Of a stretch of DNA of 64,000 nucleotides, positions 36,029-45,715 are shown piece by piece (position 1 is the first letter of the stretch; each line of letters opens with the position of its first letter). The translations under genes and the position numbers were made by a program. The stretch is from a virus (Duplodnaviria > Caudoviricetes): IMG/VR virus record IMGVR_UViG_3300020367_000004, positions 1 to 64,000 of that record, one strand, 5' to 3'. The notes beneath the pieces are model-generated. The model was not told where the DNA came from. It saw nothing but the letters and a program-made list of their open reading frames with translations, and searched no databases.

Positions 36029-36373
36029 ATGAATTTATTTGACGCAGTTCCAGTTATCGTTAACGATATGTTCTCTAACTATACACCAGAGCAGGGCATA
36101 TCCACAGGGGAAATTGCAATGGCAGTTAAGAATAGCATATTAGCGACAGATTCGCTAGATTATGGTAATATGAAGAGAGCGACTTATTCGCAGATTCGCA
36201 CTATGGTATCTAACGCAATCGACCTATTAATAAATGATAAGTCAACATTTTTCAATGTACTATACCCAGATAACCTAACACCAGAGCAGAAACTATCCCC
36301 ATTATTCAGATACAACACACTATACGGAGATACAATCTATTCTACCGAAGTACCAACACTAAAATTTCAGTAA
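36029..36373 (+). CDS. Hypothetical protein
   Basis: Start moved to the ATG after the leader box. Confidence 0.68.
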   Translation: MNLFDAVPVIVNDMFSNYTPEQGISTGEIAMAVKNSILATDSLDYGNMKRATYSQIRTMVSNAIDLLINDKSTFFNVLYPDNLTPEQKLSPLFRYNTLYGDTIYSTEVPTLKFQ

Positions 36374-36385
36374 GGAGCAATAACA

Positions 36386-36631
36386 ATGATTTTCAATTAT
36401 GATGACTGTACATTTGAAGCATACGCAGAAGGCGGTTATATGTATTACAGAGAGGTTTCCCAAGGCGGAGACCCATTATACGACTTTCAAAAGTTAGAGT
36501 GGTATTTGTTCGATTATGAAGCACACACAGAGGACTTAGTAGAAATATTAGAGGACATGGAAAGTTGCTTTGATGAAGTCATAAATACGCATGACCAGAC
36601 AGAGCAAACACCTTATAGTTTTTATCATTAA
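36386..36631 (+). CDS. Small acidic hypothetical protein
   Basis: AAGGAG RBS. Confidence 0.7.
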   Translation: MIFNYDDCTFEAYAEGGYMYYREVSQGGDPLYDFQKLEWYLFDYEAHTEDLVEILEDMESCFDEVINTHDQTEQTPYSFYH

Positions 36632-37263
36632 TGACTGACTCTAACCAAACTATTAACTTATCCGATAGTCTCGAAACAGCGATTGATTTCGAGACTTATG
36701 GGTTATTCATGATACCAGTTACAAAATATTCAGCAACCGCACTTGTTGATGATGTTTTGAAGTGGGCAAGAAATCAGGATTTCGTAAAGCATGACAGACA
36801 GGCAATAAGTCACAATATACAGCAAATAGGAGAGACTAACCAAATTTTACAGGATTTACCAGAGTTAAAGGCATTACTGTTAGAAGTGGCAAGAAAGCAT
36901 AATCAAAGCGGTTTAAACTATGCTAGTAATTTTGAGATAAGCGACTGTTACCTAGAAGTTGCACATCAGGGAGCAATTTACGCACCACATGAACACAGTA
37001 ATTGCTTATTCTCAGGCACTTATTTTATATCATACGAGAAAGATGCCCACTCATATTTGAAATTTAAAAGAAACACCATTTCTAACACTTATCCTATAAT
37101 GATGCTACCATACGAGAGCATGACCGCATTTAATTTACAGGAAGCAACTATCCCTTACGCAGCAGGGGATATTGTGATTTATCCAAGCAATTTAACACAT
37201 GGATTTGACAGCAACCCCACAGACAATAGGATAACATTAACCTTTAATGTGATACCTATTTAA
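36631..37263 (+). CDS. 2OG-Fe(II) oxygenase-like protein (HxH)
   Basis: LFMIPV; PHEHSNCLFSGTYF; GDIVIYPSNLTHG..RITLTFN. Confidence 0.85.
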   Translation: MTDSNQTINLSDSLETAIDFETYGLFMIPVTKYSATALVDDVLKWARNQDFVKHDRQAISHNIQQIGETNQILQDLPELKALLLEVARKHNQSGLNYASNFEISDCYLEVAHQGAIYAPHEHSNCLFSGTYFISYEKDAHSYLKFKRNTISNTYPIMMLPYESMTAFNLQEATIPYAAGDIVIYPSNLTHGFDSNPTDNRITLTFNVIPI

Positions 37264-37320
37264 AATGTATGAATAAATCTATATGTGTGTTCTATTTGGT
37301 TCGACTTGTTGCTACCTCGG

Positions 37321-37349
37321 ACTGTAACACATCAGGCGAGAGTTGTCAA
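37321..37349 (-). promoter_or_regulatory. Leftward sigma70-like promoter
   Basis: Minus strand TTGACA-N17-TACAGT with extended TG. Confidence 0.5.
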
Positions 37350-37375
37350 GTAATACGAGCGATTCCACACAGTCC

Positions 37376-37483
37376 GCCCTGACTCTTTTGCCCTCGTTGA
37401 CTTCTTTGGTATAATATGCAATAATATATAATGAGCATACTTTGCCCTGACCGTTTTGCCCTCTTTGACTCATTCGGTAGAAT
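37376..37483 (+). repeat. Two ~40-bp direct repeats (37376-37415, 37444-37483)
   Basis: GCCCTGACTCTTTTGCCCTCGTTGACT vs GCCCTGACCGTTTTGCCCTCTTTGACT (24/27), continuing to GGTATAAT / GGTAGAAT. Confidence 0.8.
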
Positions 37484-37646
37484 TTCCCCCTGTTGTATTG
37501 GAGACAGTTCCCCCTGTTTCTATTATAGTTGGGAGGGGTGCTAGTGGGTACTATTGGAGGTATAACTATCAGGGGTGCGAACCAATGGGTAATTTCTTTA
37601 ATTACTCTATCGCATTGCATGATGCTATTACATACAATCAACACCT

Positions 37647-37835
37647 ATGCCGACTAAGTACAAATTACTATTAGATTTATACGATACAGGCGGATTACCA
37701 CCTGATGAACAGATCGACCTTATACAGTTCTTAATAGATACAGAACTAAGGGAGGAGTTACACCAGTATAGCAGAGTATGTGAATATTTCATTATGGAGG
37801 GTCTATGTTATGATGTAGCATTTAATGATACTTAA
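37647..37835 (+). CDS. Small hypothetical protein (62 aa)
   Basis: Helical, phage-like sequence LLLDLYDTG.LPPDEQIDLIQFLIDT. Confidence 0.62.
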   Translation: MPTKYKLLLDLYDTGGLPPDEQIDLIQFLIDTELREELHQYSRVCEYFIMEGLCYDVAFNDT

Positions 37836-37925
37836 CACATACACAGTTAATAACAATTAGTGGAGAACAGTTGTTGTTAATTAGTGGGAAATCAGTTAGT
37901 ATAAACAAATAAAGTGAGAGATCCC

Positions 37926-38021
37926 AGTCATACCAAGGGATTAGAGCGTTTAGGAGTGCATACCTACTGAGTGTATCACAGAGAGAACACCTAAGAACGT
38001 AGTCATACCAATGGATTACAG
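37926..38021 (+). repeat. 21-bp direct repeat pair in non-coding DNA
   Basis: AGTCATACCAAGGGATTAGAG (37926-37946) vs AGTCATACCAATGGATTACAG (38001-38021), 19/21. Confidence 0.8.
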
Positions 38022-38198
38022 TGATTATTTAATTACACTTAGGACAGTTAATTTGTGATGTTTGTTATTATATTGGGTTGCCGATATAAAAGGGTTCCTA
38101 GATGATAAGCTATAAAAGTATCCCAGAGGGGTAGATATAATTCGATTGTTCGTGCAAGTCTATATACAAAAAATTCCCCAGGTAGAAAATAGTCCCCT

Positions 38199-38882
38199 AT
38201 GTCTTCACTAATTAGTAATATGCCCGCTGAGGAGGTCTGGGTAAGGAAAGAATACCTTACAGACTTCAAGAGTGGTCATGGTGAGTTTACCCCTGGTGTG
38301 TGGGTATCTGTTAAGAGTATGCCTGGTAGAGCATTCTACTTTGAAACATATCTACCTGAGTATGCTGCCATATATGATAAGTTACCTATCAGTGCATTCG
38401 TCAGTCGCCCTGAGACACCTTCTCCTGATATGGATTTACCTAACTTACAGTTCTGGAATTGTATGGACTATGGGGTGACTGCTATATGTAAACAGTTTAT
38501 AGGGAGTATGGATTATGAGATATACAGTAGAGATTATGGGAATATGCATGGTAAGTACGTTGTTACACTGGATAATTATCATGAGGATATAGATAGAGTC
38601 GATTACAGTACTGCTGAGACTCCTGCTGAACACAAGAGTCATAACTTAATAGAACTTGACAATGGACAATTTGCATTGTATCCTAATAACAGGTTAAGAA
38701 TATATGATAACTCTCTTACACCTAAGAATCCTAAGATGCCAGATTTCAAAGTGTCTACTAGGGTATTCAGTGTAGAGAGAGGACACATGGAACGCTATGG
38801 AGACACCGATGACTACCACTATGGACTACGAGAGACCGTCAATGGAGATGATGAGGAAGACTTATTGTCAGTGGGTGGATAG
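38199..38882 (+). CDS. Conserved cyanophage hypothetical protein (227 aa)
   Basis: VWVRKEYL..GHGEF..SMPGRAFYFE..YDKLPISAF..EHKS.N...NGQFALYPNNR. Confidence 0.8.
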   Translation: MSSLISNMPAEEVWVRKEYLTDFKSGHGEFTPGVWVSVKSMPGRAFYFETYLPEYAAIYDKLPISAFVSRPETPSPDMDLPNLQFWNCMDYGVTAICKQFIGSMDYEIYSRDYGNMHGKYVVTLDNYHEDIDRVDYSTAETPAEHKSHNLIELDNGQFALYPNNRLRIYDNSLTPKNPKMPDFKVSTRVFSVERGHMERYGDTDDYHYGLRETVNGDDEEDLLSVGG

Positions 38883-39348
38883 ACCATGGATTAAGGAGAA
38901 GATGAAGGTTGGTGATTGTTATGGTATATGCATGGAGTTCTATGAAAAGTTCTTTGATCTAAACCTGAGAGACTATCCGAATATTAATAAGAAGGCATTG
39001 TTTATGCCTGAGTTTATCGCTGATCAGGCAGACCGATGGGAGGATGGTGTAATACATGTCTATGAGGGAGACAGGGATGTACCACCACCTAGTTTAGATG
39101 ATCTGATGTTCGGTGATATGATTGTCATGAAACTGTACTTAAATCCCCTACAAGGCGGTTATGCGAGTAAGGATGGGCGAATGTGTAACCACAGTGGCAT
39201 TTACCTAGGACATGGTTATATGCTCCATCATGCATGGTTAGATCCAAGTAACATAGTAGACATAAAAGAAGTTGATAGTTATTTACTGAGGGCAGTAGAA
39301 CTTGTTCTCAGATCCCCACATGTTGCAAACTATACAAATCCTATATAA
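38842..39348 (+). CDS. NlpC/P60-family (papain-like) protein; start uncertain
   Basis: GDCYG catalytic Cys, GDMIV, NHSGIYLG..MLHH. Confidence 0.8.
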   Translation: MEMMRKTYCQWVDRPWIKEKMKVGDCYGICMEFYEKFFDLNLRDYPNINKKALFMPEFIADQADRWEDGVIHVYEGDRDVPPPSLDDLMFGDMIVMKLYLNPLQGGYASKDGRMCNHSGIYLGHGYMLHHAWLDPSNIVDIKEVDSYLLRAVELVLRSPHVANYTNPI

Positions 39349-39371
39349 TGATGACACACATTTGTAACAAT

Positions 39372-39536
39372 ATGAGTAGACGATTCACATTACCTGTTGA
39401 GGTTGATGATTTCGGTGACATGTCGATAACATTCCCAGCAGAGTTAATGACTGAATTGGGATGGTACGAAGGAACCGAGATAGAATATACTGAGGAACTC
39501 GACGGAAGTATTATATTAAGAAAAGTAGAAAAATAA
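39372..39536 (+). CDS. AbrB/MazE-like DNA-binding protein
   Basis: ITFPAELMTELGWYEGTEIEY...IILRK pattern. Confidence 0.65.
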   Translation: MSRRFTLPVEVDDFGDMSITFPAELMTELGWYEGTEIEYTEELDGSIILRKVEK

Positions 39537-39548
39537 CCCCTTAACATT

Positions 39549-40217
39549 ATGAAGAGCGTGAATCAAGAAATGCAATGGTTCGGAGTCGAAGCATGTGCAG
39601 GACGAGTAAAATACGATGATCCAAGAATGTATCATTTTAGGAGTTGGGAACCTAAGACTCCTTTTGCTCCAAGGTTTGATTGTCCGATGTGGATAGATCA
39701 AGTAGAACCAGAGAAATGTAAAAAAATCCTAGAACAATGGGAAGAAGAAAAACGTCCGTGGGCAACGTATAACTTCTTTAATGAGCAAACAGAAAATAAC
39801 CTCTTACCTGAGATCCACTTGATGACTGGGGCATTCTGTGATATACTTGAAGTAGAGATGCCTGAGAAACTATGGATTCGTGGTTGGATTCATAAACTTA
39901 CTGTCGGGCAGCACTTACCAACTCATCATCATAGTATTCATGAGAATACTTTCTTGTCGGGTAATATGTTACTTACACATAGTAAGACACCTACTGAGTA
40001 TTACATTCCTGGATACTCTCTATATGGTGGCAACCTAACTCCTGCCCCTATCCCTGGTATGACTACGATCTTTCCTTCTTGGTTAGAGCATAGAGTAGGT
40101 ACAGTCAGTGAAACAAGGATTGCTCTTGCATGGGACATATATACTCAGGAAGCAATGGACTACTGTAAGAAGAGTTCTCCTTCTAATGAAATGATGATGT
40201 CAATTCCATTTGAATAA
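39549..40217 (+). CDS. 2OG-Fe(II) oxygenase-like protein (HxH)
   Basis: GW...HHH..FLSGN; IFPSWLEHRV..RIALAWD. Confidence 0.82.
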   Translation: MKSVNQEMQWFGVEACAGRVKYDDPRMYHFRSWEPKTPFAPRFDCPMWIDQVEPEKCKKILEQWEEEKRPWATYNFFNEQTENNLLPEIHLMTGAFCDILEVEMPEKLWIRGWIHKLTVGQHLPTHHHSIHENTFLSGNMLLTHSKTPTEYYIPGYSLYGGNLTPAPIPGMTTIFPSWLEHRVGTVSETRIALAWDIYTQEAMDYCKKSSPSNEMMMSIPFE

Positions 40218-40468
40218 TGAATGATAACGAATTCTTAGACGCATATAAAGAACACATGGATATGATCTCCAAGGCATTGGAGAACCTTGCTGCTCGTATA
40301 GTAACAATAGAAGGTGCTATGGGTAAGATGCCTCCACCAGGGTCAGACATGATAAAGTATAAACCAGAAGGTTACCAAGATCACCTAAACATTAAGGAAG
40401 TATTAGATGATCTCTATATGCGAATAAATATGTTAGAAGACAGAGTTAATCAACACAACATACCTTAG
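40217..40468 (+). CDS. Hypothetical protein (83 aa)
   Basis: TAATG coupling; helical. Confidence 0.72.
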   Translation: MNDNEFLDAYKEHMDMISKALENLAARIVTIEGAMGKMPPPGSDMIKYKPEGYQDHLNIKEVLDDLYMRINMLEDRVNQHNIP

Positions 40469-43400
40469 TGGCAATATACATCCTCGAAACAGGGAGAGGA
40501 TTTCCAAATGTAGATGCAGGGGGAGAATATCAACAGAACTGGGAGAGACCTAGTTCTAGTAGATACAAATCACACAAGTTTCATTCGGGACCTGGCACCA
40601 ACTACAACATAACCTTTAATGACGATGGACCTGGGTCCAGTATCTTCGGTCAGGACAAGGTGTATTATATTGGGAATCAAGAAGAGATATGTGTAGGTAA
40701 CTGTGATAATGAAAGAGTAGGAATCCATCGCTTCTATCGTTCTGACGGTGGTAACCAAGATCACAAGTTTGTTTCTAACAGTGAACTCAGATACCCAGAG
40801 GACTTCCCTGGTGCCACAAGAGGTAATAGAAGAAACTTAACAGCATCATATAACAAAGAACCAAGGAACGGTCAAGCAGTATTCTACATGTCAGGCACAA
40901 ATGTGACTGGCAGTACACAACTATACCATTGGTATAACGCAACTTTAAAAGATAGTGCACTCAGTACATCATCTTCATACCTAAGTGGGTATGTTAATGT
41001 AGGCACAGTTGGATACATTTATACATCTGCATCAAATGCATCGACCTATGCTGACACTGGTGAGACAGCAGTGCCACTATATGAGTATTATAAGAACAGA
41101 AACAACAGTTCACGAGATCACTTCTACACAGCAGACCCTACAAGAGAAGTAAATTTACAGACAAACGTTGCAGGAGTACCTAACCCAGGAGATCCTCGTG
41201 ATCAAGAGTACACATATGTGGGTATTGTAGGGTATGTCTTTCTAGAAGATCTAGGACAAGGTAACAGAAAGACACTAAGAGACCAAGGAATCATAGGACC
41301 GACTGGTTATGGTAGTCCAGTATCCTATGGAACGAGAGCAGGATGGTATAATTGGGACGCAACTGGTGCTGGAATCTATACTCAGAAGAATTATGAGTAT
41401 CAATATGATGCAAATGCTGGTCCACTCAACCCAACTCCGACTCAAAGACGTAATAATCGTTGGAGAGGAACTCCATCAACCTCTGCATTTCCTAATTTTG
41501 GTTGGGGAGATCCAACTCTCTGCCCAAATTTAAACACAGATGCATTATTTGAGTGGGTCTATGGTAAAAGTGGAGCAGTCAAAGCAGCAGTTCCGAGATA
41601 TTTGGAGTTTCATACTCTCTTTGACAGTCAATTTACCTATTATGTGTACGATACTTCCTATCCATGGAAGGGTCCTGTCTTCGGAATCCAGTATGCAACG
41701 TCAAATCGTAACTGTTGCCCCAATCAATCCTCTGGTGACAACTGTATTTGTAACGAATCACTCCTTACTTACGACTACTACTCACATTTTTATGAGATTA
41801 GAGAGGATTCTTGGAAGACTACACGTTCTAAGATGGCAATTACTGGTGCACCTGGCGGAACTGGTATCAATGAGTCGTTCAAAACTGTTGACACAGACAC
41901 AAAACGTATACTTTTCCGTTACACAACCCGATTTGGTGACTCATTTAGCGTAGGTGACACCGTAAATGGGTGGGAAATTAGTGAAGTTGCATATTTTGGT
42001 AACAAACTAAGAGCAGGATACATGGAATTGAAGGGAGAAGGCAAGAAATTTACCTACAATCAGACAATTACTGCGAATGGAGAGAACGGAAAAGAGGCAC
42101 AAGTCATATGTGGGTATGGAATAGCGGACAAAGCAGGGTTCTTTGGAGTATATGAGTTCCCTAAACGTGTATCTTACTACCGAGTTGAGATAGATAAGAC
42201 CGCATTGGTCAGTAAACAGTCGATTGACATCGCAGATGTAGAGTGTGTCGTCAATAAAAACGGAGAAATTCAGTCAATTCAGATAATCAACGGTGGAAGA
42301 GGGTACATAAATCCAAAAATTGTCATAGAAGAACCCGCACAACTCACAGAAGGTGGGTCAATGGACAACGTAAAAGAGAATATGAGGCAATTAGATGGTT
42401 GGGAAGGTGCACCTTTGCGTTCTCCTACCTCTACATTGGACAATCCTGACGGAACTAAGCACAATTTTACCTTTAATAGCATCAAAGAGAACCAAAGAGA
42501 CTCGGAAAGAAGCATAGAAAGTGATATGAACGAGCGTGAAGCAAAGGTTCCTTACGGAAAAGACTCAAATACACAGATTGTTGGTGCAGATGATGAACCA
42601 GATGTGGATGAACAGAGCGTATCTATGAACGATAGATCAAAAGTAAGGACAATTAGTGCGGAACATAGGAGGAAGGGTAAGTTCAGACAGGCAAAAGTGG
42701 AGATTTTATCCCTAACTGCCGACGGAGCAATAGATGAGATCGTGATTAGAGACCGTGGATTTGGTTATGACACCGATCCTAACCGCAAACCAAAGGTTTG
42801 GATCATCCAAACAGAGGATGAGCAGTATAAAATGCGTGGTCCTAATACAAAGCAACAGCAAAAAGGGTTCAAAGGTACCGTAGATGCTAATGAAAAGACC
42901 GAGGACCTTACTGAAAGGATGCGTGGAACTGGTGTAGAACCCTCACAGGGGTCACAAGAGGTCACTGGTATCAAAGGAGAGGTGCGTACAAAGAGTGGAG
43001 CGAAAGAAAATCAACTTTCTATCATGGATGATGGTGTTATGGGGTCATTTGAAAGCATGATGGAAGGGTTCACTGCTGAATATCCTACTGGATACATCAA
43101 GATGACCAGTCCTGATGATGTTGAGAAGACTAAACTATGCAATAACTTACCAGCAGGGTGTGTAAACATCGAAATGCCATCAGTTGTAGGTAAAGCATTG
43201 TTCCCAGTAGAGACTGTACAGGGCATCATAGAGGTCAATAGCAGTTTTAAGAGTGTAATGGAGAATCAATACCCAGAAATGAAACGTGGTGCAACCACAT
43301 CTGACGAGTCTACGACCTCTCTAAGCGATTTGTACGGGTGGAACAGTGGTGATGAGTGTATTTCCATAGCCCAACCCAAGTTTAAGACCGTTACACGTCT

Positions 43401-44556
43401 CCAAGACCTACCTTGTCCCTATGTTGATGAAGATACTGGTAAGAATTTTGGGTGGATGATCTACAAATACTGTGCAGCAGAGGGTGACAACGCATCATTT
43501 AAGGTTTCTTTGTCTGTTGAGGGCAAAACAATAGGTCCACAGGGTGAAGCATTCATGGAATTCATGCAAAAGTTGGCAAGACCCCAAGTTCAACCAACTA
43601 GACCTGTGATTGATAGCGGAAATAAGAAGAAAATGTGGAGATGCACTCGTCAGAACATTGAAGGAAGGTGTTATTGGGCACCTAGCGGAGCAGATGACGT
43701 AGTTTTCGTGCCAGTAGGACTTGATGAGAACACTTTTAGTTGGGATGCTGCTGGTTTTTCGGAAGTACAGCAACTTGAACTCTGGTTAGGCAACAATTTT
43801 GTCCATTCTACTAAGAGTGTAACTGGAAGTGGCAACAATTTCTCTCAAACATTCAATGTAATTTCGGTTTCTGCGCTTTCGGGCGGAGTTCCACCTAATG
43901 AATGTTGGGATACATACCTTAGACACGGTAATAATGCTAACGGAGTGCTAGATGTTTACTCTGCGTACTACAATAACAACAATACACAAGGTAAAACAGC
44001 AGGAGGAGGGTACTGGACAAGCAGCGGACTGTACAATGGGTACACTTGCGGGTCTAGTCCATGCTCAGGAAGTCTGAATTACTCATACGGAACATCTGGA
44101 TTCAATAATAACAACGCTTGCGGTCTTGAATACGTCAATGACATCTCTGTTGCTGTTGATCCGCGTATGTTTACGCAACTTGGTATGCGTATGGGACCAT
44201 ATACAGGAACCATGAACGTGAAAAACTGGAACACGGGCTCTAACATCGCATTTGGGCAAGCAGTGCAGAATATGGGCAACCCATTTTTCGCAGAATGCGA
44301 AGGAGAGGCATTTGGTCAGTCTCCTGCACAGATAAATCCACAACCTCCACTGAGAAGACGTCGAGTTCACAAATCGTCGTATGATCCAGGTGATGCTGAA
44401 CTGTTAAAATCACAAGCACGCGATATTAACGACCTAGAATTTGAGGATGACTCATGGAGAGAAAATTATGACCCTGATTTTGACTATGAAGCAGAAATAG
44501 CGAACAATCCAGTTTCTGATTTCTCATCTAACCCCGCAACGGACATGACACAATAA
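40468..44556 (+). CDS. Large virion structural protein (1362 aa)
   Basis: N-terminal LY.YY...DHFYT...Y.Y.G.VGY repeats, IINGGRGY / RDRGFGY baseplate-type repeats; AATAAATA upstream; adjacent to PAAR/gp25. Confidence 0.7.
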   Translation: MAIYILETGRGFPNVDAGGEYQQNWERPSSSRYKSHKFHSGPGTNYNITFNDDGPGSSIFGQDKVYYIGNQEEICVGNCDNERVGIHRFYRSDGGNQDHKFVSNSELRYPEDFPGATRGNRRNLTASYNKEPRNGQAVFYMSGTNVTGSTQLYHWYNATLKDSALSTSSSYLSGYVNVGTVGYIYTSASNASTYADTGETAVPLYEYYKNRNNSSRDHFYTADPTREVNLQTNVAGVPNPGDPRDQEYTYVGIVGYVFLEDLGQGNRKTLRDQGIIGPTGYGSPVSYGTRAGWYNWDATGAGIYTQKNYEYQYDANAGPLNPTPTQRRNNRWRGTPSTSAFPNFGWGDPTLCPNLNTDALFEWVYGKSGAVKAAVPRYLEFHTLFDSQFTYYVYDTSYPWKGPVFGIQYATSNRNCCPNQSSGDNCICNESLLTYDYYSHFYEIREDSWKTTRSKMAITGAPGGTGINESFKTVDTDTKRILFRYTTRFGDSFSVGDTVNGWEISEVAYFGNKLRAGYMELKGEGKKFTYNQTITANGENGKEAQVICGYGIADKAGFFGVYEFPKRVSYYRVEIDKTALVSKQSIDIADVECVVNKNGEIQSIQIINGGRGYINPKIVIEEPAQLTEGGSMDNVKENMRQLDGWEGAPLRSPTSTLDNPDGTKHNFTFNSIKENQRDSERSIESDMNEREAKVPYGKDSNTQIVGADDEPDVDEQSVSMNDRSKVRTISAEHRRKGKFRQAKVEILSLTADGAIDEIVIRDRGFGYDTDPNRKPKVWIIQTEDEQYKMRGPNTKQQQKGFKGTVDANEKTEDLTERMRGTGVEPSQGSQEVTGIKGEVRTKSGAKENQLSIMDDGVMGSFESMMEGFTAEYPTGYIKMTSPDDVEKTKLCNNLPAGCVNIEMPSVVGKALFPVETVQGIIEVNSSFKSVMENQYPEMKRGATTSDESTTSLSDLYGWNSGDECISIAQPKFKTVTRLQDLPCPYVDEDTGKNFGWMIYKYCAAEGDNASFKVSLSVEGKTIGPQGEAFMEFMQKLARPQVQPTRPVIDSGNKKKMWRCTRQNIEGRCYWAPSGADDVVFVPVGLDENTFSWDAAGFSEVQQLELWLGNNFVHSTKSVTGSGNNFSQTFNVISVSALSGGVPPNECWDTYLRHGNNANGVLDVYSAYYNNNNTQGKTAGGGYWTSSGLYNGYTCGSSPCSGSLNYSYGTSGFNNNNACGLEYVNDISVAVDPRMFTQLGMRMGPYTGTMNVKNWNTGSNIAFGQAVQNMGNPFFAECEGEAFGQSPAQINPQPPLRRRRVHKSSYDPGDAELLKSQARDINDLEFEDDSWRENYDPDFDYEAEIANNPVSDFSSNPATDMTQ

Positions 44557-45089
44557 TGGCAGCAGGAATTTTACTACCAGTAGCACCTATTACAGGTTTA
44601 CCTTGCTCGGGACACGGTATTTGTATCCCAAGTACGGTTCACTCTGTGCAATCTTGTGGTTCACCACCTATTCCTTATACTATTAAGATAAAAGAGTGGA
44701 CATGTTGGTGGCCACCCACTCCATTGGTGCCTTTTGGACCACTTAGTCCATTGAAAGCGATGGTATTGACCAATGGGTTGCCTACAATGACATTTGGTGA
44801 TAGATTCATACCACATATTTCACCATGTACCAATATTATCATCTATATGTGCCCATGTGGTAAATCTTTATGCCCAGTTCCGACTCCAATCCCTTGTAGC
44901 ATACTTACAGCAGAAGATATGGGTGGTGTAGGTCATATAAGAATCTTATTTGCGACTTCTTTGACTGTATATGTTACTAAGTTACCAATCGGACGTGTTC
45001 TAGACCCTCTGGGGGTAGGTACGTTGGCATATAGTTATCCATGTAACAGTGTGGTTGCATATGGGTCACCAAATGTGCTATCATCATAG
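44556..45089 (+). CDS. PAAR-like spike tip protein (gp5.4-like)
   Basis: CSGHG, VLTNG...GD.FIPH, GH, IGRVLDP, C.S.VA.GSPNV; next to gp25. Confidence 0.72.
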   Translation: MAAGILLPVAPITGLPCSGHGICIPSTVHSVQSCGSPPIPYTIKIKEWTCWWPPTPLVPFGPLSPLKAMVLTNGLPTMTFGDRFIPHISPCTNIIIYMCPCGKSLCPVPTPIPCSILTAEDMGGVGHIRILFATSLTVYVTKLPIGRVLDPLGVGTLAYSYPCNSVVAYGSPNVLSS

Positions 45090-45108
45090 AATATTCTATT
45101 TTTAAGTT

Positions 45109-45261
45109 ATGCCAGTCAGAACAAAGACAGGAAATTTCGGATCTCAGGTAGTTTCGGACACAATCCCAAAAAAGACAAGACAGGGTGCGTCACAGAACAC
45201 AAAAGTCAGTGCTACGTCGAGAAATAAGGCGAAAAAGAAGTATAGAGGGCAAGGTCGCTAA
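45109..45261 (+). CDS. Small basic protein (50 aa; not in ORF track)
   Basis: PKKTRQG..NTK.SATSRNKAKKKYRGQGR, a pattern I recall upstream of gp25 in cyanomyophages. Confidence 0.75.
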   Translation: MPVRTKTGNFGSQVVSDTIPKKTRQGASQNTKVSATSRNKAKKKYRGQGR

Positions 45262-45267
45262 AACTGC

Positions 45268-45275
45268 TATAAATA
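45268..45275 (+). promoter_or_regulatory. T4-type late promoter TATAAATA
   Basis: Exact consensus just upstream of gp25. Confidence 0.78.
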
Positions 45276-45300
45276 AAACTGTAACGACTAAATAATCGTA

Positions 45301-45714
45301 ATGTCGACATACAGATTCCGATCAGAAAAGTTCTTATCTCGTGGATTCAAAGATTTAGCGATTTCTTTTGAAGCAAATCCTAATACTAATGATTTCTCAG
45401 CAGTAACAAACGAAAATGCTATCAAGCAATCGATTCGGAACCTTGTATTGACAAGTTTTGGTGAAAGACCTTTCCAACCGACTATTGGGTCAAGAGTGAG
45501 AGGTCTATTATTTGAACCGTTTGATGTTTTCATGTCAGAAGACTTAAAAGATGAAATATCAAACACAATAGAACGATTAGAACCAAGAGTCGAGTTGATC
45601 GACGTTGATGTGAGACTTTCTGAGGATGAACATAGTATAGACGTTGGTGTTGAATATGCCATCGTTGGACAACCACAAACACAAGTGGTTGAATTCCTTT
45701 TAGAGAGAACATAA
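45301..45714 (+). CDS. gp25: Baseplate wedge subunit gp25
   Basis: AIKQSIRNLVLT..GERPFQP.IGS..LLFE...EPRV. Confidence 0.93.
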   Translation: MSTYRFRSEKFLSRGFKDLAISFEANPNTNDFSAVTNENAIKQSIRNLVLTSFGERPFQPTIGSRVRGLLFEPFDVFMSEDLKDEISNTIERLEPRVELIDVDVRLSEDEHSIDVGVEYAIVGQPQTQVVEFLLERT

Positions 45715-45715
45715 C

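Noticed and set aside
37312-37674. ORFs 37456-37674 (+) and 37312-37644 (-)
   Set aside because: They run through repeats and promoter-like sequence, lack an RBS and have atypical composition; more likely non-coding
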